A DNA stretch of 60,186 nt, filler included, from 8 parts of 8 records of this genome joined end to end with filler, not necessarily neighbours in it, one strand, 5' to 3'. Shown: positions 30,473-41,565, counted from the first letter of the whole stretch. A program made the numbers and translations. The notes: generated from the letters alone by a model not told the origin.

Positions 30473-32659
30473 TTATGAGCGGACAAGTGTGCCGTGAAAC
30501 ACACTCGCCGCTCGGGTAACACGATAAATGTATAATCCGGCCGTAATTTCCGCCGGCAATGCCACAGAGTAAATCCCTGCAGCATTTCCCTGAATTTCTT
30601 GACTAAAGACTTCAACACCACGAACATCAAACAACTGAATCCGGGCCGGGCCGCTCGCAGCATCCATTTTTACTGTAATGTCTGCTCCTGAGGGGTTTGG
30701 GTAAATCTCAACTGCACTATCGCCGCGCTCACTGCTCGCAACAGATGTGCTCGTAAGATCACGATCGCGCCAGACGCCGCGATTGGCAGCGCCGGCATAA
30801 CGCGTGCCGTCAACACCAGTAATTGTGTGTAGCACTATTCCCGGCGGCAATTCATCTGTCTCGTCCTGCCAGACATCATCTTCAAATCTAAACAGATGGT
30901 ACTCACTCCCCCAGAAGCTGTGCAAATATGCCGTGCCATTAACAATGTCAATGCCCTGAGCCTGGAACTGCCCTTCGGCATCATGAAGTTGTGGCAAACC
31001 GCCGCCAATCGATCGCCAACTGATGCCGCCGTCTTCGCTCATGTAAACTTCGCTCAGCAGCTCCGTATCGACTTTAACGCCAAGCGTCAGGAATACACGC
31101 CGGCCGTCTGCAGCAAGTCTGTAATTTGTTGCCTCAGGCGGCAGACCTGCCTGTACAGCTGTCCAGGTGTTTCCGGCAGTCTCGGAACGGAACACTCCTG
31201 CAGCAGTGACTAACAAGAGGGCTTTTTCTACGGCAAGTACCTGCGGTGTTGGAACGGGGACGTTTACATCATGCGGCAGGCCTGCGCTTACATCAGTCCA
31301 TGTTATGCCGTTATCTGCTGAGCGGCGCACACCACCAAAACCCCAGCGTGAGATTCCGCGGCCGTGCAACTGGAAGTAGCCGTTAAACGAAACATACAAA
31401 TGCTCGCCGTCATGTGTTAAGTCCGCCAGGTCCAGTAGCGGCGAATCGAACTCGTTGTTTAATGTTTGCCACGTTAATCCCTGGTCGTCCGATCGATACA
31501 GGACACCGTTTGGATCAAATGGCGCCATTCGCGCAAACAGAACGCCGCCCTGTTCCACTACGCCGCGAATTGGAAAGTCATGTGAATATTCCCAGGTCAA
31601 TCCGCCATCCACGGACCGCACCGTAGTCGAATTTGTATTCGCAATTAACACTTTGCCGTTGTTAAACAGTGTTTCTACATTTTGGTAAAACAACCCCGCA
31701 TTTCGTGGCTCCCAGGTAATGCCCATATCGGGTGAGTGGAAGACACCTTCCTGTGTTGCCAGAATTAACACATTGTTGTTAACCAGAATATCCGCGGCAA
31801 CGAACGGAACTGCCACCCGCTGCCACGCTGCATTGCTGTAGCGCCAAAGATTCCCGCTACCGTCCAGCATCCAGTTCGCATTCTGTGCTGCGCGCATAAC
31901 GACTGGACGCGGAAAGGCACCGCCGGGTGTCAGCTCCAGCCCCGCATTGGCTGGCTCCCAGGTCACCCCGGCATCCACCGATCGATAAGCCCCCTGGCCC
32001 GAAGTCACAACAAAATATTCGTTGCGCCTGACTTCAAGACTGGCCAGGAAACCGGCGCCGCGCGGCAACTCTATCGAACCTAAGGCCTCACCTTTGGCAT
32101 TAAATCGGCACACTTCGTCACTGAAAGCGCGCAAAACCAACAGTAGATTGTCGTTCCCGGCAATCGTGGCAATCGGTCCGGCATTTAACTCACATTCGGC
32201 AAACTCAAACCACGCATGCGCGTCGGAAGTACGGAAGACCTGGCTGCCAAAACCGGCAAACACCGCGTTGTCAGTAACGTGAATCGTAATTTCTTCGTGA
32301 CGCCCGGGACTTGGCAAGTCCGCCGGCTGCCAGGTGATGCCACCGTCATTCGAAACCTTCAATCGCGCCTGCGAGGCAATCGTTTCAACAGCAAAGAGTG
32401 AACCATTCCAGTAGTGCAGTTCACGGCTGATTGTTGCTCCACCGCGCTTCCAGACGCCGCCCTCCAAACGATGCACGGCATTGTCCACCAGGCAGTACAG
32501 ATCATCACTTTCCCCGGCCAGCGACCAAACAAAGGCGCCGTCCGGACCTTCCGTCGGCTGCCATTCTGCATGCAGCGGCAGCCATGCACACAGGCAAATC
32601 ACCATCACCATTGCAGCTTTCAGCAATCTGCGAGCAAGAAGTCCTTGAGTTTTATGCAT
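30473..32659 (-). CDS. BNR/Asp-box beta-propeller protein with T9SS C-terminal domain
   Basis: Signal peptide; repeated S.D.G.TW motifs; C-terminal IYPNP...GLYIY. Confidence 0.9.
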   Translation of the reverse strand: MHKTQGLLARRLLKAAMVMVICLCAWLPLHAEWQPTEGPDGAFVWSLAGESDDLYCLVDNAVHRLEGGVWKRGGATISRELHYWNGSLFAVETIASQARLKVSNDGGITWQPADLPSPGRHEEITIHVTDNAVFAGFGSQVFRTSDAHAWFEFAECELNAGPIATIAGNDNLLLVLRAFSDEVCRFNAKGEALGSIELPRGAGFLASLEVRRNEYFVVTSGQGAYRSVDAGVTWEPANAGLELTPGGAFPRPVVMRAAQNANWMLDGSGNLWRYSNAAWQRVAVPFVAADILVNNNVLILATQEGVFHSPDMGITWEPRNAGLFYQNVETLFNNGKVLIANTNSTTVRSVDGGLTWEYSHDFPIRGVVEQGGVLFARMAPFDPNGVLYRSDDQGLTWQTLNNEFDSPLLDLADLTHDGEHLYVSFNGYFQLHGRGISRWGFGGVRRSADNGITWTDVSAGLPHDVNVPVPTPQVLAVEKALLLVTAAGVFRSETAGNTWTAVQAGLPPEATNYRLAADGRRVFLTLGVKVDTELLSEVYMSEDGGISWRSIGGGLPQLHDAEGQFQAQGIDIVNGTAYLHSFWGSEYHLFRFEDDVWQDETDELPPGIVLHTITGVDGTRYAGAANRGVWRDRDLTSTSVASSERGDSAVEIYPNPSGADITVKMDAASGPARIQLFDVRGVEVFSQEIQGNAAGIYSVALPAEITAGLYIYRVTRAASVFHGTLVRS

Positions 32660-33030
32660 ATCCAGTCATCCTCAGATTCTTTGGATTACCCGTGCATATT
32701 GCCATGTTCAGCTACCGCAAATTCAGCGGCAAATCAACTGCGGGTAGCGCACGGTTAATGTCTATCGCACCCGGCAGTCGGGCACTCTTGTTAACCACAA
32801 CGAAAGTAGATGTTTATCAACAGGCCTGCCAGCCAACTTTTGCCAGGGGATTGCATGTCTACCAGACTGATATCAAAGGCATTCGATTAAAATCGGTAAC
32901 ACTCCCGCCACTTTGGTGTCTTTGCAACCGCAGGAATGCCGTTTTTCGCGCAATTTCGGCAATTACGCCACCCGCAAGTATCGATTCGCTGGGATTGGCT
33001 ACTCAGGACGCACTTAAGCATTGGAAGTCT

Positions 33031-34527
33031 ATGCGCCAACCCGAAGACCTAACCCAGCTAATTCAGTCGCTGACCAAATCAGAGAAACGCTATTTTAAGT
33101 TGTACGCCAAACGTCACGCACGCAGCAAAACCACCAAATACGTGGACCTGTTTGATGCGCTTGTAACTAAACCGTCCAGCAAAGCCGGTACAAAAGCGGA
33201 ATTGAGCGCAGCCGCAGATGCATTCCCCAGCGATCTTAAACACATAAAAAATCTGCCGTCGGCCAGGCACTATCTGCACGGCCTGGTGATGAGTTCCTTG
33301 CGCGCATTTCACGCCGGCAAAACACCGGAAAAACGCATTCGCGAAGGCATCGAAGATGCCGAATTGTTGTTTTCGCGTGGATTGCTCGACCAGGCTGAAC
33401 GCCTGCTTAAACAGCTGTTCACTCCCGCCGAACAACGCGAAGACTTTCTGCTGATGCTGCAAATTGTACAGCGCCGCCGCGAAATGATTACAACGCGCGC
33501 AGACATAACAACCGATACCGCAGCGCTCTTCAGCCACGAGCGCCAAATTATGCGTCAGCTGATGAACGTGCGCCAGTACCAGGAGCTTTCCGCTAAAGTC
33601 TTCAGACTCATTCGCGAATTCGGCCACGCAAGCAACAATTCCACGGCGGCGGCAATGCAGGCACTTAAACAGAACAGCTTGTTAACAGATGCGTCACAGG
33701 CGCAAAGTTTAACAGCTGAACTCTTCCGCTCGTCTACACTCGCCGGTATTGCCTACTTTGAGAATGACAGCCAACTACTGTTTGATTACTGCCGGCAGCA
33801 TACGCAAGTCTGTAAAACCTTCCATGAATCCGGTGGCCTCCCGGCTGACAAGTATGCAGATTCCATGCACAACTATTTACATGCCTGCCTGGATCTGGGC
33901 CGGTTCGACGAAATGGTTGCAGGCCTGGAAGAACTCAAGGCACTCAACCTGGCCGATGAACTATCCCAGGTGCGCAGCCTCGTAACCCAATATTCGCTCT
34001 GGTGTGTTGTGATGCTGGCGCGTGGCAGCGACGCAGATCTACGTAAATACATCAACGAATTTGATGCCAACTACGCGCGTATGCAGGCTACGATTAATCC
34101 AGAACAGCTGCGTGTAATCAGCCTGCGTACAGCCATGCTCTTGTTTAAGTTGCGCGATTATTCCGCCGCGCTCGACCGCTTAACACCCATCATTCACGGC
34201 CCACGCGATTCCCCACGTCACGACATCAGCCACAGTGCCGAACTCCTGCGCCTCCTATTGCATTACATGCTCGGAGACTGGGCGTTTCTCGAAAATGCAA
34301 TTACGTCGCTGCGTCGCCGCGTAGACCTGGCATCCCGCCCGATTTCCCAGCTACTGGTGCAGACCATGGAAGCTCTCCTGCGCGCCGCGCCGCCCGAACA
34401 CCGAAACATTACTGAACAGGCTCTGCGGCAGCTCGAAGAGTTAACAGGCATTGACAATCAGGCTGAACACACAATTCTTGAATCCGGCATTCTGCGCGAA
34501 TGGTTTCATCAGCTCCTGAACGCCTAG
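33031..34527 (+). CDS. Conserved helical/TPR-like hypothetical protein (LIxSLTKSEKRYFK family)
   Basis: The N-terminus LTQLIQSLTKSEKRYFKLYA and L..L.M.SLRAFH match a widespread uncharacterised Bacteroidota family as I recall it. ATG 33031 is preferred over the longer ORF start. Confidence 0.8.
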   Translation: MRQPEDLTQLIQSLTKSEKRYFKLYAKRHARSKTTKYVDLFDALVTKPSSKAGTKAELSAAADAFPSDLKHIKNLPSARHYLHGLVMSSLRAFHAGKTPEKRIREGIEDAELLFSRGLLDQAERLLKQLFTPAEQREDFLLMLQIVQRRREMITTRADITTDTAALFSHERQIMRQLMNVRQYQELSAKVFRLIREFGHASNNSTAAAMQALKQNSLLTDASQAQSLTAELFRSSTLAGIAYFENDSQLLFDYCRQHTQVCKTFHESGGLPADKYADSMHNYLHACLDLGRFDEMVAGLEELKALNLADELSQVRSLVTQYSLWCVVMLARGSDADLRKYINEFDANYARMQATINPEQLRVISLRTAMLLFKLRDYSAALDRLTPIIHGPRDSPRHDISHSAELLRLLLHYMLGDWAFLENAITSLRRRVDLASRPISQLLVQTMEALLRAAPPEHRNITEQALRQLEELTGIDNQAEHTILESGILREWFHQLLNA

Positions 34528-34960
34528 CAATTCGCAGCCCTCAATAACCAGGATGCTCCTGTTCAACGCCAGCGTCCAATTGGAATTTACCACATAACAG
34601 ATAGGGTATTTTTCCTTATAATTAGCCTGCAGTTTCGCAAACTATTAAACAGCGGCGTCTGCGTCACGTCCGCACATGGGCTATTAAGTCCGTTCGATTC
34701 ACCAACATTCAGCGATTATCAACTGTACTAAACTCTGATGCGGCCCAACTGACAAGCCTCGGGGACTATTGGCCGAAAAGCTCGCCAAAACCCCAGAATG
34801 TACTTGCACAACGGCAGATTTGGCAACACATTTCGTAACTAACTGTCAACTGTAGGAATTTTCTTCTGTGTCAAATGGTTTTCCAGTTTAAATTGACAAA
34901 CATGTATTTCCATAGCCATTTTATGTTAATAGCCATTTCAAAACAGAACAGTGATTCTTC

Positions 34961-37048
34961 GTGATTAAAAAGCTTACATTATTGGCAATTGCCGGCCTGG
35001 CAACCCTTTGTGCCGAACCTGCAAGGATTGTCGCGCAGAACAACGTTGGCATCGGCACACAATCTCCCGATGCGTCGGCCCTACTGGATCTGGAGTCCAC
35101 TACACAAGGCCTCCTGATTCCGCGCATGACAACCACGCAACGCGATCTGATTGCATCTCCCGCAAACTGGATGCTGATATTTAACATCAGCACCGAAGAA
35201 TTCCAGTATTATGACAACCCTACCTGGGTCGCCTTAGGTACCGGCGGCGGCGGTGGATCCGGATGGTCCCTGACTGGAGACCTCGGAACAAACCCACCGA
35301 CTAATTTCCTGGGCACGATTGACTCCCAACCACTGCACTTACGCGTCAGCAACAACATTACAGCGGTGTTTGAAACCAATGGCGCCTTGCATCGCGGCTC
35401 TTCCGGAAACGCACGGGGCGGCAGTGCAAACGATTTACAGTATCAGGCCTCGGGTGCGGCAGTTGCCAGTGGTAATTTTGCCGTAATTACCGGCGGCCAG
35501 AGCAACACGGCATCCGGACAATATTCAGTTATCGGTGGCGGACAGTCTAACTCAGCCACCAACAGCTATGCGAGCGTCGGTGGCGGACAGTCCAACTCCG
35601 TTACTGCTGCATTTGGTGTCGTTGGTGGCGGACAGTCGAATTCAGCGACAAATACCGCTGGGTTTGTTGGAGCGGGCCAAAGCAACACGGCCACGGCAGC
35701 ACGCGCCGCCGTCGTTGCGGGGCAAAGCAATAGCGCCAATGGTACAAACACTTTTATCGGTGCCGGACAGAGTAATCAGGCATCCAACACCGCCAGCGGA
35801 ATAGGTGTAGGACAGTCCAATCAGGTATCGGGCAATTACTCCTTCATCGGTGGTGGGTTCAGCAATAATGTGTCCGGCTCGCACAGCTTTATCGGCAGTG
35901 GCCAGTCTAATGTAGTTACCGGGCAGTATTCGACGATTCCCGGTGGGCGCAACCTGACGCTCGGCGGCAGCAGCTTTGGATTTAATGCTTCAGGCTCGGC
36001 GCTCAACCTCTCAGCCCAAAGTTCCATAGCCTACCTTGGAGACGTGGACCTCTGGCTGGGCAACAATCTAACCAACGCGAGCGCATTGCGTTTCTACGAA
36101 CCTACCGGCGCACCGGCCACAGCTCAATACTCGTCGTTTGAAGCCCAAAGCCAATCAGCAACAATCAACTATATTCTGCCGGCAACCGCGCCGACCTCAA
36201 CCAACGACTTCCTTGGCGTCAACAGTACCAGCGGTAACATTACCCTTGAGTGGAAAGCCGCCGGCGGCTCCAGTGGCTGGGACCTAAGCGGCAACTCAAT
36301 CAATAATGGAGAATTTCTCGGAACGCTCAATGCCGAAGACCTTGTCTTCCAGACCAATGGCTCCGAGGCAATGCGCATCCACTCCCAGGGTCGTGTCGGA
36401 ATTGGTACCAGCGCTCCGGCCACAACGGCAATATTAGAATTGAACTCCAATTCTCAGGGATTCCTAATGCCGCGCATGTTGGAGGCTGAACGCGAAGCAA
36501 TCGTCAACCCTGCCGAAGGCCTGATGGTCTACACTACCGACGGTACATTCCCAGGTATTTTCTACTTCGATGGTGTTGCATGGACACGCGTTGTGGTGCC
36601 AAATTCAGTCGGTGGCGTACTGGTTAAAAACAAAACAAGTAATGAAAGTCTCACTAACAGCACAACGCTGCAGGATGATGACGACCTCTCCATCCCACTC
36701 CTGGCAAATGAGACTTGGGTAATTGACGGCTTTCTCAGAGTTATTACCGGGGCCAATCAACCCGACTTTAAGTTTGGATTCACCGTACCGGCAGGTGCTA
36801 CAATTACCGCAGGCTTCCATGTCAATGAGAATGCCACCAACATCTTGGCGGGCGCTTTAACTGCTTCGGGCCAGGAACAGGAAGTGGACCTCACCTCTAA
36901 TCAGCCCAGTGTTCTTATCTACAAAATCATGATCATTAACGGGGCCAATGATGGTGACTTCAATATTCAATGGGCTCAAGGCAATTCCAGCGGTACCGCA
37001 GTAACGGTTGAGACAGGTTCTTTCTTTATAGCTTCAAGGGTGAACTGA
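34961..37048 (+). CDS. Secreted fibre/adhesin-like repeat protein
   Basis: Signal peptide; two VGIGT..P...L.L.S..QG.L.PRM modules; two W.L.G....FLGT modules; about 11 15-aa G.GQSN repeats. Confidence 0.8.
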   Translation: MIKKLTLLAIAGLATLCAEPARIVAQNNVGIGTQSPDASALLDLESTTQGLLIPRMTTTQRDLIASPANWMLIFNISTEEFQYYDNPTWVALGTGGGGGSGWSLTGDLGTNPPTNFLGTIDSQPLHLRVSNNITAVFETNGALHRGSSGNARGGSANDLQYQASGAAVASGNFAVITGGQSNTASGQYSVIGGGQSNSATNSYASVGGGQSNSVTAAFGVVGGGQSNSATNTAGFVGAGQSNTATAARAAVVAGQSNSANGTNTFIGAGQSNQASNTASGIGVGQSNQVSGNYSFIGGGFSNNVSGSHSFIGSGQSNVVTGQYSTIPGGRNLTLGGSSFGFNASGSALNLSAQSSIAYLGDVDLWLGNNLTNASALRFYEPTGAPATAQYSSFEAQSQSATINYILPATAPTSTNDFLGVNSTSGNITLEWKAAGGSSGWDLSGNSINNGEFLGTLNAEDLVFQTNGSEAMRIHSQGRVGIGTSAPATTAILELNSNSQGFLMPRMLEAEREAIVNPAEGLMVYTTDGTFPGIFYFDGVAWTRVVVPNSVGGVLVKNKTSNESLTNSTTLQDDDDLSIPLLANETWVIDGFLRVITGANQPDFKFGFTVPAGATITAGFHVNENATNILAGALTASGQEQEVDLTSNQPSVLIYKIMIINGANDGDFNIQWAQGNSSGTAVTVETGSFFIASRVN

Positions 37049-37452
37049 TGCCAGCGCAACCCCTAAAGAAACACCTGGGTTTTCTGTCTGTTCTCATGAC
37101 CTTTGTCTGCACCTGCACCGTTGGACTGGGGCAAACCGCCTTTTTCAACAACGGTGCAATTATCAGTATTGGTGAAGGCACTCAAATTGGTGTAATCGGC
37201 AACATGGTTACGCAGGGCTCGAACATCGACGTCGTAACCTCTGCCAACCTGCGCGTCGAAGGCAACCTAACCGTCTCCAGCAATACGCTCTCGGCTCTCT
37301 CCAGCGCTCAGATCACCGTTACCAACAACCTGATCATCTTGGCACCTGGAACCGTTTTTCGCAGTGTATCTGGTGTAATCAACGTCGGTAAAAACGTTCT
37401 CAACGCCGGTATCCTGGACAACCAGGGCACAATCAATATCGGCAAACCCTAG
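37048..37452 (+). CDS. Small secreted beta-strand-rich protein coupled to the fibre gene
   Basis: TGATG overlap with the upstream stop; signal peptide; FFNNGA and V.GNL..N-type repeats. Confidence 0.7.
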   Translation: MPAQPLKKHLGFLSVLMTFVCTCTVGLGQTAFFNNGAIISIGEGTQIGVIGNMVTQGSNIDVVTSANLRVEGNLTVSSNTLSALSSAQITVTNNLIILAPGTVFRSVSGVINVGKNVLNAGILDNQGTINIGKP

Positions 37453-37920
37453 GCAGTTCACCCTAATTTGCCTCTTTGTAATGGCTTTATGCACCCAATT
37501 CGTTAAATACTTCCCTCTCATTCCAATTTCGTAACACTACCCGCCTCACACGCGCATCCACCTGACAGTTCACCAATCTCACTAGCATCCGAAATAACGT
37601 TCAAGTAACACTTCTGCATTTGAGCATCTTAGGGTTCAGTTTTTTTCGCCTAATCCAAAACAATGGGTTTTCTGGCTCAAAACACAAGAATAACATTTAA
37701 CCAACCTTTCATACATTTTTGACTATCAGCCGCCATTCTCAGTTCGGGTGATGAACACGCCCATACTCAATCTTCGTTCCAGTTTTTGTTTCTACCTGAT
37801 ATCTCCCAGATTACCTCTGGTTGAATTTCTGCCGCGAAAGTCATAAGCTTGTACATGCAGCGCCGGTGTGTGTTCCTCTATCAATACACACATGATTAAA
37901 CTCAATTGCGGAGTTCTTGT

Positions 37921-39801
37921 ATGCCTCGTGTCCTGATCGCTTACCTGGCGGTAGCTCTTTTGAGTTCTTGTTTTGCACTGATTCCTCAGCCGGCAGTCGC
38001 ACAATTAGCCACAAATCGCTCTCCATTGGGCCTTAATCTCAGCAGCGCCGTCGCCTGGGAAACCGACTGGTTCTTTGTTAACATTGCGCATCACTCGCTG
38101 GGCTGGTTTCCTCCTGGTCAGGAGCCGACCTGGGGCGCCTGGTTGCAAGACAGCGAGTTGAACAGTCAGGGGTACCTGCAGCCCGGTTTCGACGGCATCC
38201 TCTGCATCATTTGGGACGCTCCCGAGCCAATCAACCAGGAATTTGTGATTAGCTGGGAAGGCAGTGCCGCAGTAAGACCACTGGCACACTGGTCCAATCC
38301 CGAAGTTGTTTCACAGAGCCCCAATCAGTTAAACCTGCGTCTGAACGGCGATACCTTTCTATTCGTGGAGATTGTTAATAATAGTGAAGCGACCCCAATC
38401 TCAAATATTCAATGTAAACGCATCGAACATGCGGACCTGGAACAGACGTTCACACCCGCATTCCTCGACTTTGTAGCTGAATTTGGCGCAGTGCGCTTCA
38501 TGGACTGGATGGATACCAACAATAGTGACGTTGCTGCGATGGACGACTACACACAAAACGGTGCCCTCATCCAGCGTCCCGTTGCATTTGAATATATGAT
38601 TGAGTTGGCCAACACGCTTGGAATAGATCCCTGGTTCTGTGTGCCGCTGCAGGCGAATGATGACTTTGTACTTGACATGTCTGAGCAAATTCGCAACAAT
38701 CTGAACCCGGACTTAACAGTTCGCGTCGAACTCTCCAACGAAGTCTGGAATGGTATTTTTGACCAGCACCAGAAGGCCGCCCAGCAGGCCCGCGCCCTGG
38801 AGCTGACTTCCAGCGAAAATGACTGGGAAGCTGCTCCGATCTACTACGGTTACCGCAGCGCGCAAATCCATAATATCATCGAAGCAGACTTGCAGGCGAA
38901 TCAGCCGGAGCGCACCTTCTGTCCTTTGATTGCCTGGCAGAGTGTTAACTCCTGGTTTGTTAATCGTGACGTCGTCCCGCAATATCGCGCCGAACGCGCG
39001 GGCGGCGCAGCGCCACAGGCCATGGCACTTGCTCCCTATTTCGGTGGTTCACTCGGCTCACCCAATCGCCAGGCAGAAGTCTCAGGCTGGAGCCTGGATC
39101 AGGTATTTGATCAACTGTTAAACGGCAGCGTCTACCCCGATGACGGCAATGTCAACGCCACCATGCAACACGTCATCGAATACCGCGACCAACTGGAAGA
39201 CTGGGGAATCACGGATTTAATCTGTTACGAAGCCGGACAGCATCTGGTAGGCCACGGCGGCGCCGAGAATAATCAGGAGTTGACGGACTTGTTTATTGCC
39301 GCCAATCGCGATGCGCGCATGCAAACAGTGTATGCCGCTTACCTGCAAGCCTGGCGCGAGTTGGGCGGTGGCCTGATGGCGATGTTTGCCTCGCATGGGC
39401 GTCCCAGCAAGTGGGGCAGCTGGGGCATGCGTGAGACGCTGTCTCAGTCCGTAGACTTAAGCCCCAAGTACCGCGCCTGTAGCGCGTTTATCGATGCCAA
39501 TCCTGTCAACTGGACAGGCTGTAGTTTCGAATGGCTCGGCACAAATACCTCCGTCGCTGCCGCAGAAGCAGTTAACAGATTAATACTCAGGCTAACCCAA
39601 TCTGGCAGCGAGTTTTCGCTCAATGTGGCTGCACCGGCTCAACTAACAATCCTGAACCTGCTCGGGCGCAAAGTCTACAGCACCAAAATTGGAACTGCCC
39701 CACTCCAGTTTTCAACTGCCGATTGGCCGGCCGGCATCTACCTGCTGCATGTGCAAACGCATGACAATTCAGAACTGCGTCAGATTGCCCTGACACGCTG
39801 A
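37921..39801 (+). CDS. Putative clan GH-A-like glycoside hydrolase with T9SS C-terminal domain
   Basis: LGLNL, RFMDW..TN, DPWFCVP, ELSNEVWN, YEAGQHL, ANRD.RM and GSWG motifs; C-terminal N.LGR.V...AGIYLL. Confidence 0.75.
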   Translation: MPRVLIAYLAVALLSSCFALIPQPAVAQLATNRSPLGLNLSSAVAWETDWFFVNIAHHSLGWFPPGQEPTWGAWLQDSELNSQGYLQPGFDGILCIIWDAPEPINQEFVISWEGSAAVRPLAHWSNPEVVSQSPNQLNLRLNGDTFLFVEIVNNSEATPISNIQCKRIEHADLEQTFTPAFLDFVAEFGAVRFMDWMDTNNSDVAAMDDYTQNGALIQRPVAFEYMIELANTLGIDPWFCVPLQANDDFVLDMSEQIRNNLNPDLTVRVELSNEVWNGIFDQHQKAAQQARALELTSSENDWEAAPIYYGYRSAQIHNIIEADLQANQPERTFCPLIAWQSVNSWFVNRDVVPQYRAERAGGAAPQAMALAPYFGGSLGSPNRQAEVSGWSLDQVFDQLLNGSVYPDDGNVNATMQHVIEYRDQLEDWGITDLICYEAGQHLVGHGGAENNQELTDLFIAANRDARMQTVYAAYLQAWRELGGGLMAMFASHGRPSKWGSWGMRETLSQSVDLSPKYRACSAFIDANPVNWTGCSFEWLGTNTSVAAAEAVNRLILRLTQSGSEFSLNVAAPAQLTILNLLGRKVYSTKIGTAPLQFSTADWPAGIYLLHVQTHDNSELRQIALTR

Positions 39802-39886
39802 GCAAGGCGGCTCTATTCACACATGCTCAAGGCCTCCAACGTGCAGCCTGTTAACCGACGCATTAATTGAGCAGAGGCTCACCAAC

Positions 39887-39924
39887 AAAAAACGTCCACT
39901 CCCGCATTCGGAAGTGGACGCTTG
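39887..39924. terminator. Stem-loop terminator
   Basis: cgtccact.cc-loop-ggaagtggacg preceded by an A-tract. Confidence 0.55.
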
Positions 39925-41031
39925 TGTACTACACATTCAATCAATTGCAGCGGACCACGACTGCGGCAGTCTATAGTGGGTAAGGTGTGAAGTTCGACAA
40001 TTGCATCGTATACCGTTGCTAAACGCTTTCGGCCGGATATCAATCATTCAGTCAACCACGCTTGCAGTCAACCACGCTAGGGGTCTTTGAGACCAGTCTT
40101 AGAGACTCGGGACTAGAACCAGCCNNNNNNNNNNNNNNNNNNNNNNNNNNNNNNNNNNNNNNNNNNNNTTAATTAATTAANNNNNNNNNNNNNNNNNNNN
40201 NNNNNNNNNNNNNNNNNNNNNNNNCAAAATTTACGACCTTCCCGTTTAACACTTTACATCGCACGCTCTCTACTCTCAACCGCCCGTTCAGTAGCAGTAG
40301 AATTTTTTGGCGTAGGTCAGCACACAAAAAGTTTGACATCCTTCAAGTAAATTGCAACGCTCCTGCCTTCATCGCTTGTAGATGCTTTATATCCTTTTTA
40401 TTTTGTGCTGCCCCATCAATATCCGACTCTTTAACTACACTACATGTAGCGATTGCGGCGAGACATCAGTACAACCCACGGCAAAACTTCATCGCGAAAG
40501 TACGCCTCGGCCCACAGGCCACTCAGGACTCGCCACCGATCTTTTTTTGAGCGTAGACTGTCCAGCAACAGATCACCGACCAGGCTTTCGCGTTCGCGCA
40601 AACGAGAGCCGGGTTCTCCCCCCGCGCTTAGCACATTTTGATTCATTGAAAGTGCAGAGGCACCAAAACGATTTTTAATGCGATTTTTGGAGACTTGGAA
40701 TTCTCCAGTTCCAATGCTCATCTTATAGTTAAGAAAACATTATTATAGACTTACACCCTCATTATGACAAATTGGTCTCGATTCGAAGCAATTCTTATTG
40801 AGATGGAACAGATAAAATCAGCTCTTTCCGTTCTGGAGAACTCCAGTAATATTGTTGTGCATGGAGGTCCACTTGGCTTACACGATATTGAGCACATTGG
40901 AGTTAACATTAAGGACTGGATTGGACCAGGTTGGACTGGCAGGTCAAAAACAAAAACTGCGTACAACAATACTTATACGCAATGCGTTTCGGGATACTGG
41001 GCATAGCCAAATCCCCTACAGGAAATATTAA

Positions 41032-41532
41032 ATGAATGCAAACCTACATATTCAGCAGCTTGAACCATCTGATCAAAAAACCATTTTGAAAATTGCACAT
41101 TGGTATCGCAAAGAATGGAACACATCCATAAATAAAACTATTACCAGGCTCTCCTTTCTTTATGACAGTGGCTTGTATTTTCAATTGGTAGCAAAGTTGA
41201 ATGACGAAGTAATTGCTACTGGTGGACTATCTAAAAAAGTCAACCTTCTGAACGTTTATCCGGAGTTTGCCAAGTATGGCCCTTGGGTGGCGTTGTTATT
41301 TACTGACGAACACCATCGCAATCAGGGAATAGGCAAAGCTCTACTTGAACAAATTGAAACTCAAGCTGCAAGCCATAATTTGGATAAAATCTATCTGTAC
41401 ACATTTACAGCCGAAGCCATGTATGAGAGGTCAGGATGGCATTCAATTGAAACCGTTTGGTACAAACGGAATAATACGGTAATTATGGAAAAGGAAATAC
41501 AGCTACCGACAACAGACCGTAAAACACATTAA
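41032..41532 (+). CDS. GNAT-family N-acetyltransferase
   Basis: PWVALLFTDEHHRNQGIGKALL, IYLYT and YERSGW motifs; lies in a low-GC islet. Confidence 0.9.
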   Translation: MNANLHIQQLEPSDQKTILKIAHWYRKEWNTSINKTITRLSFLYDSGLYFQLVAKLNDEVIATGGLSKKVNLLNVYPEFAKYGPWVALLFTDEHHRNQGIGKALLEQIETQAASHNLDKIYLYTFTAEAMYERSGWHSIETVWYKRNNTVIMEKEIQLPTTDRKTH

Positions 41533-41565
41533 AACATGGTTTAGCCAAATGTTTAATAGAAACCA

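Noticed and set aside
32431..33030. 200-aa N-terminal extension of the 698-aa ORF
   Set aside because: It overlaps the divergent gene, and family-like sequence begins at ATG 33031.
35490..35950. 45-bp periodic DNA repeats
   Set aside because: Explained by the 15-aa protein repeats.
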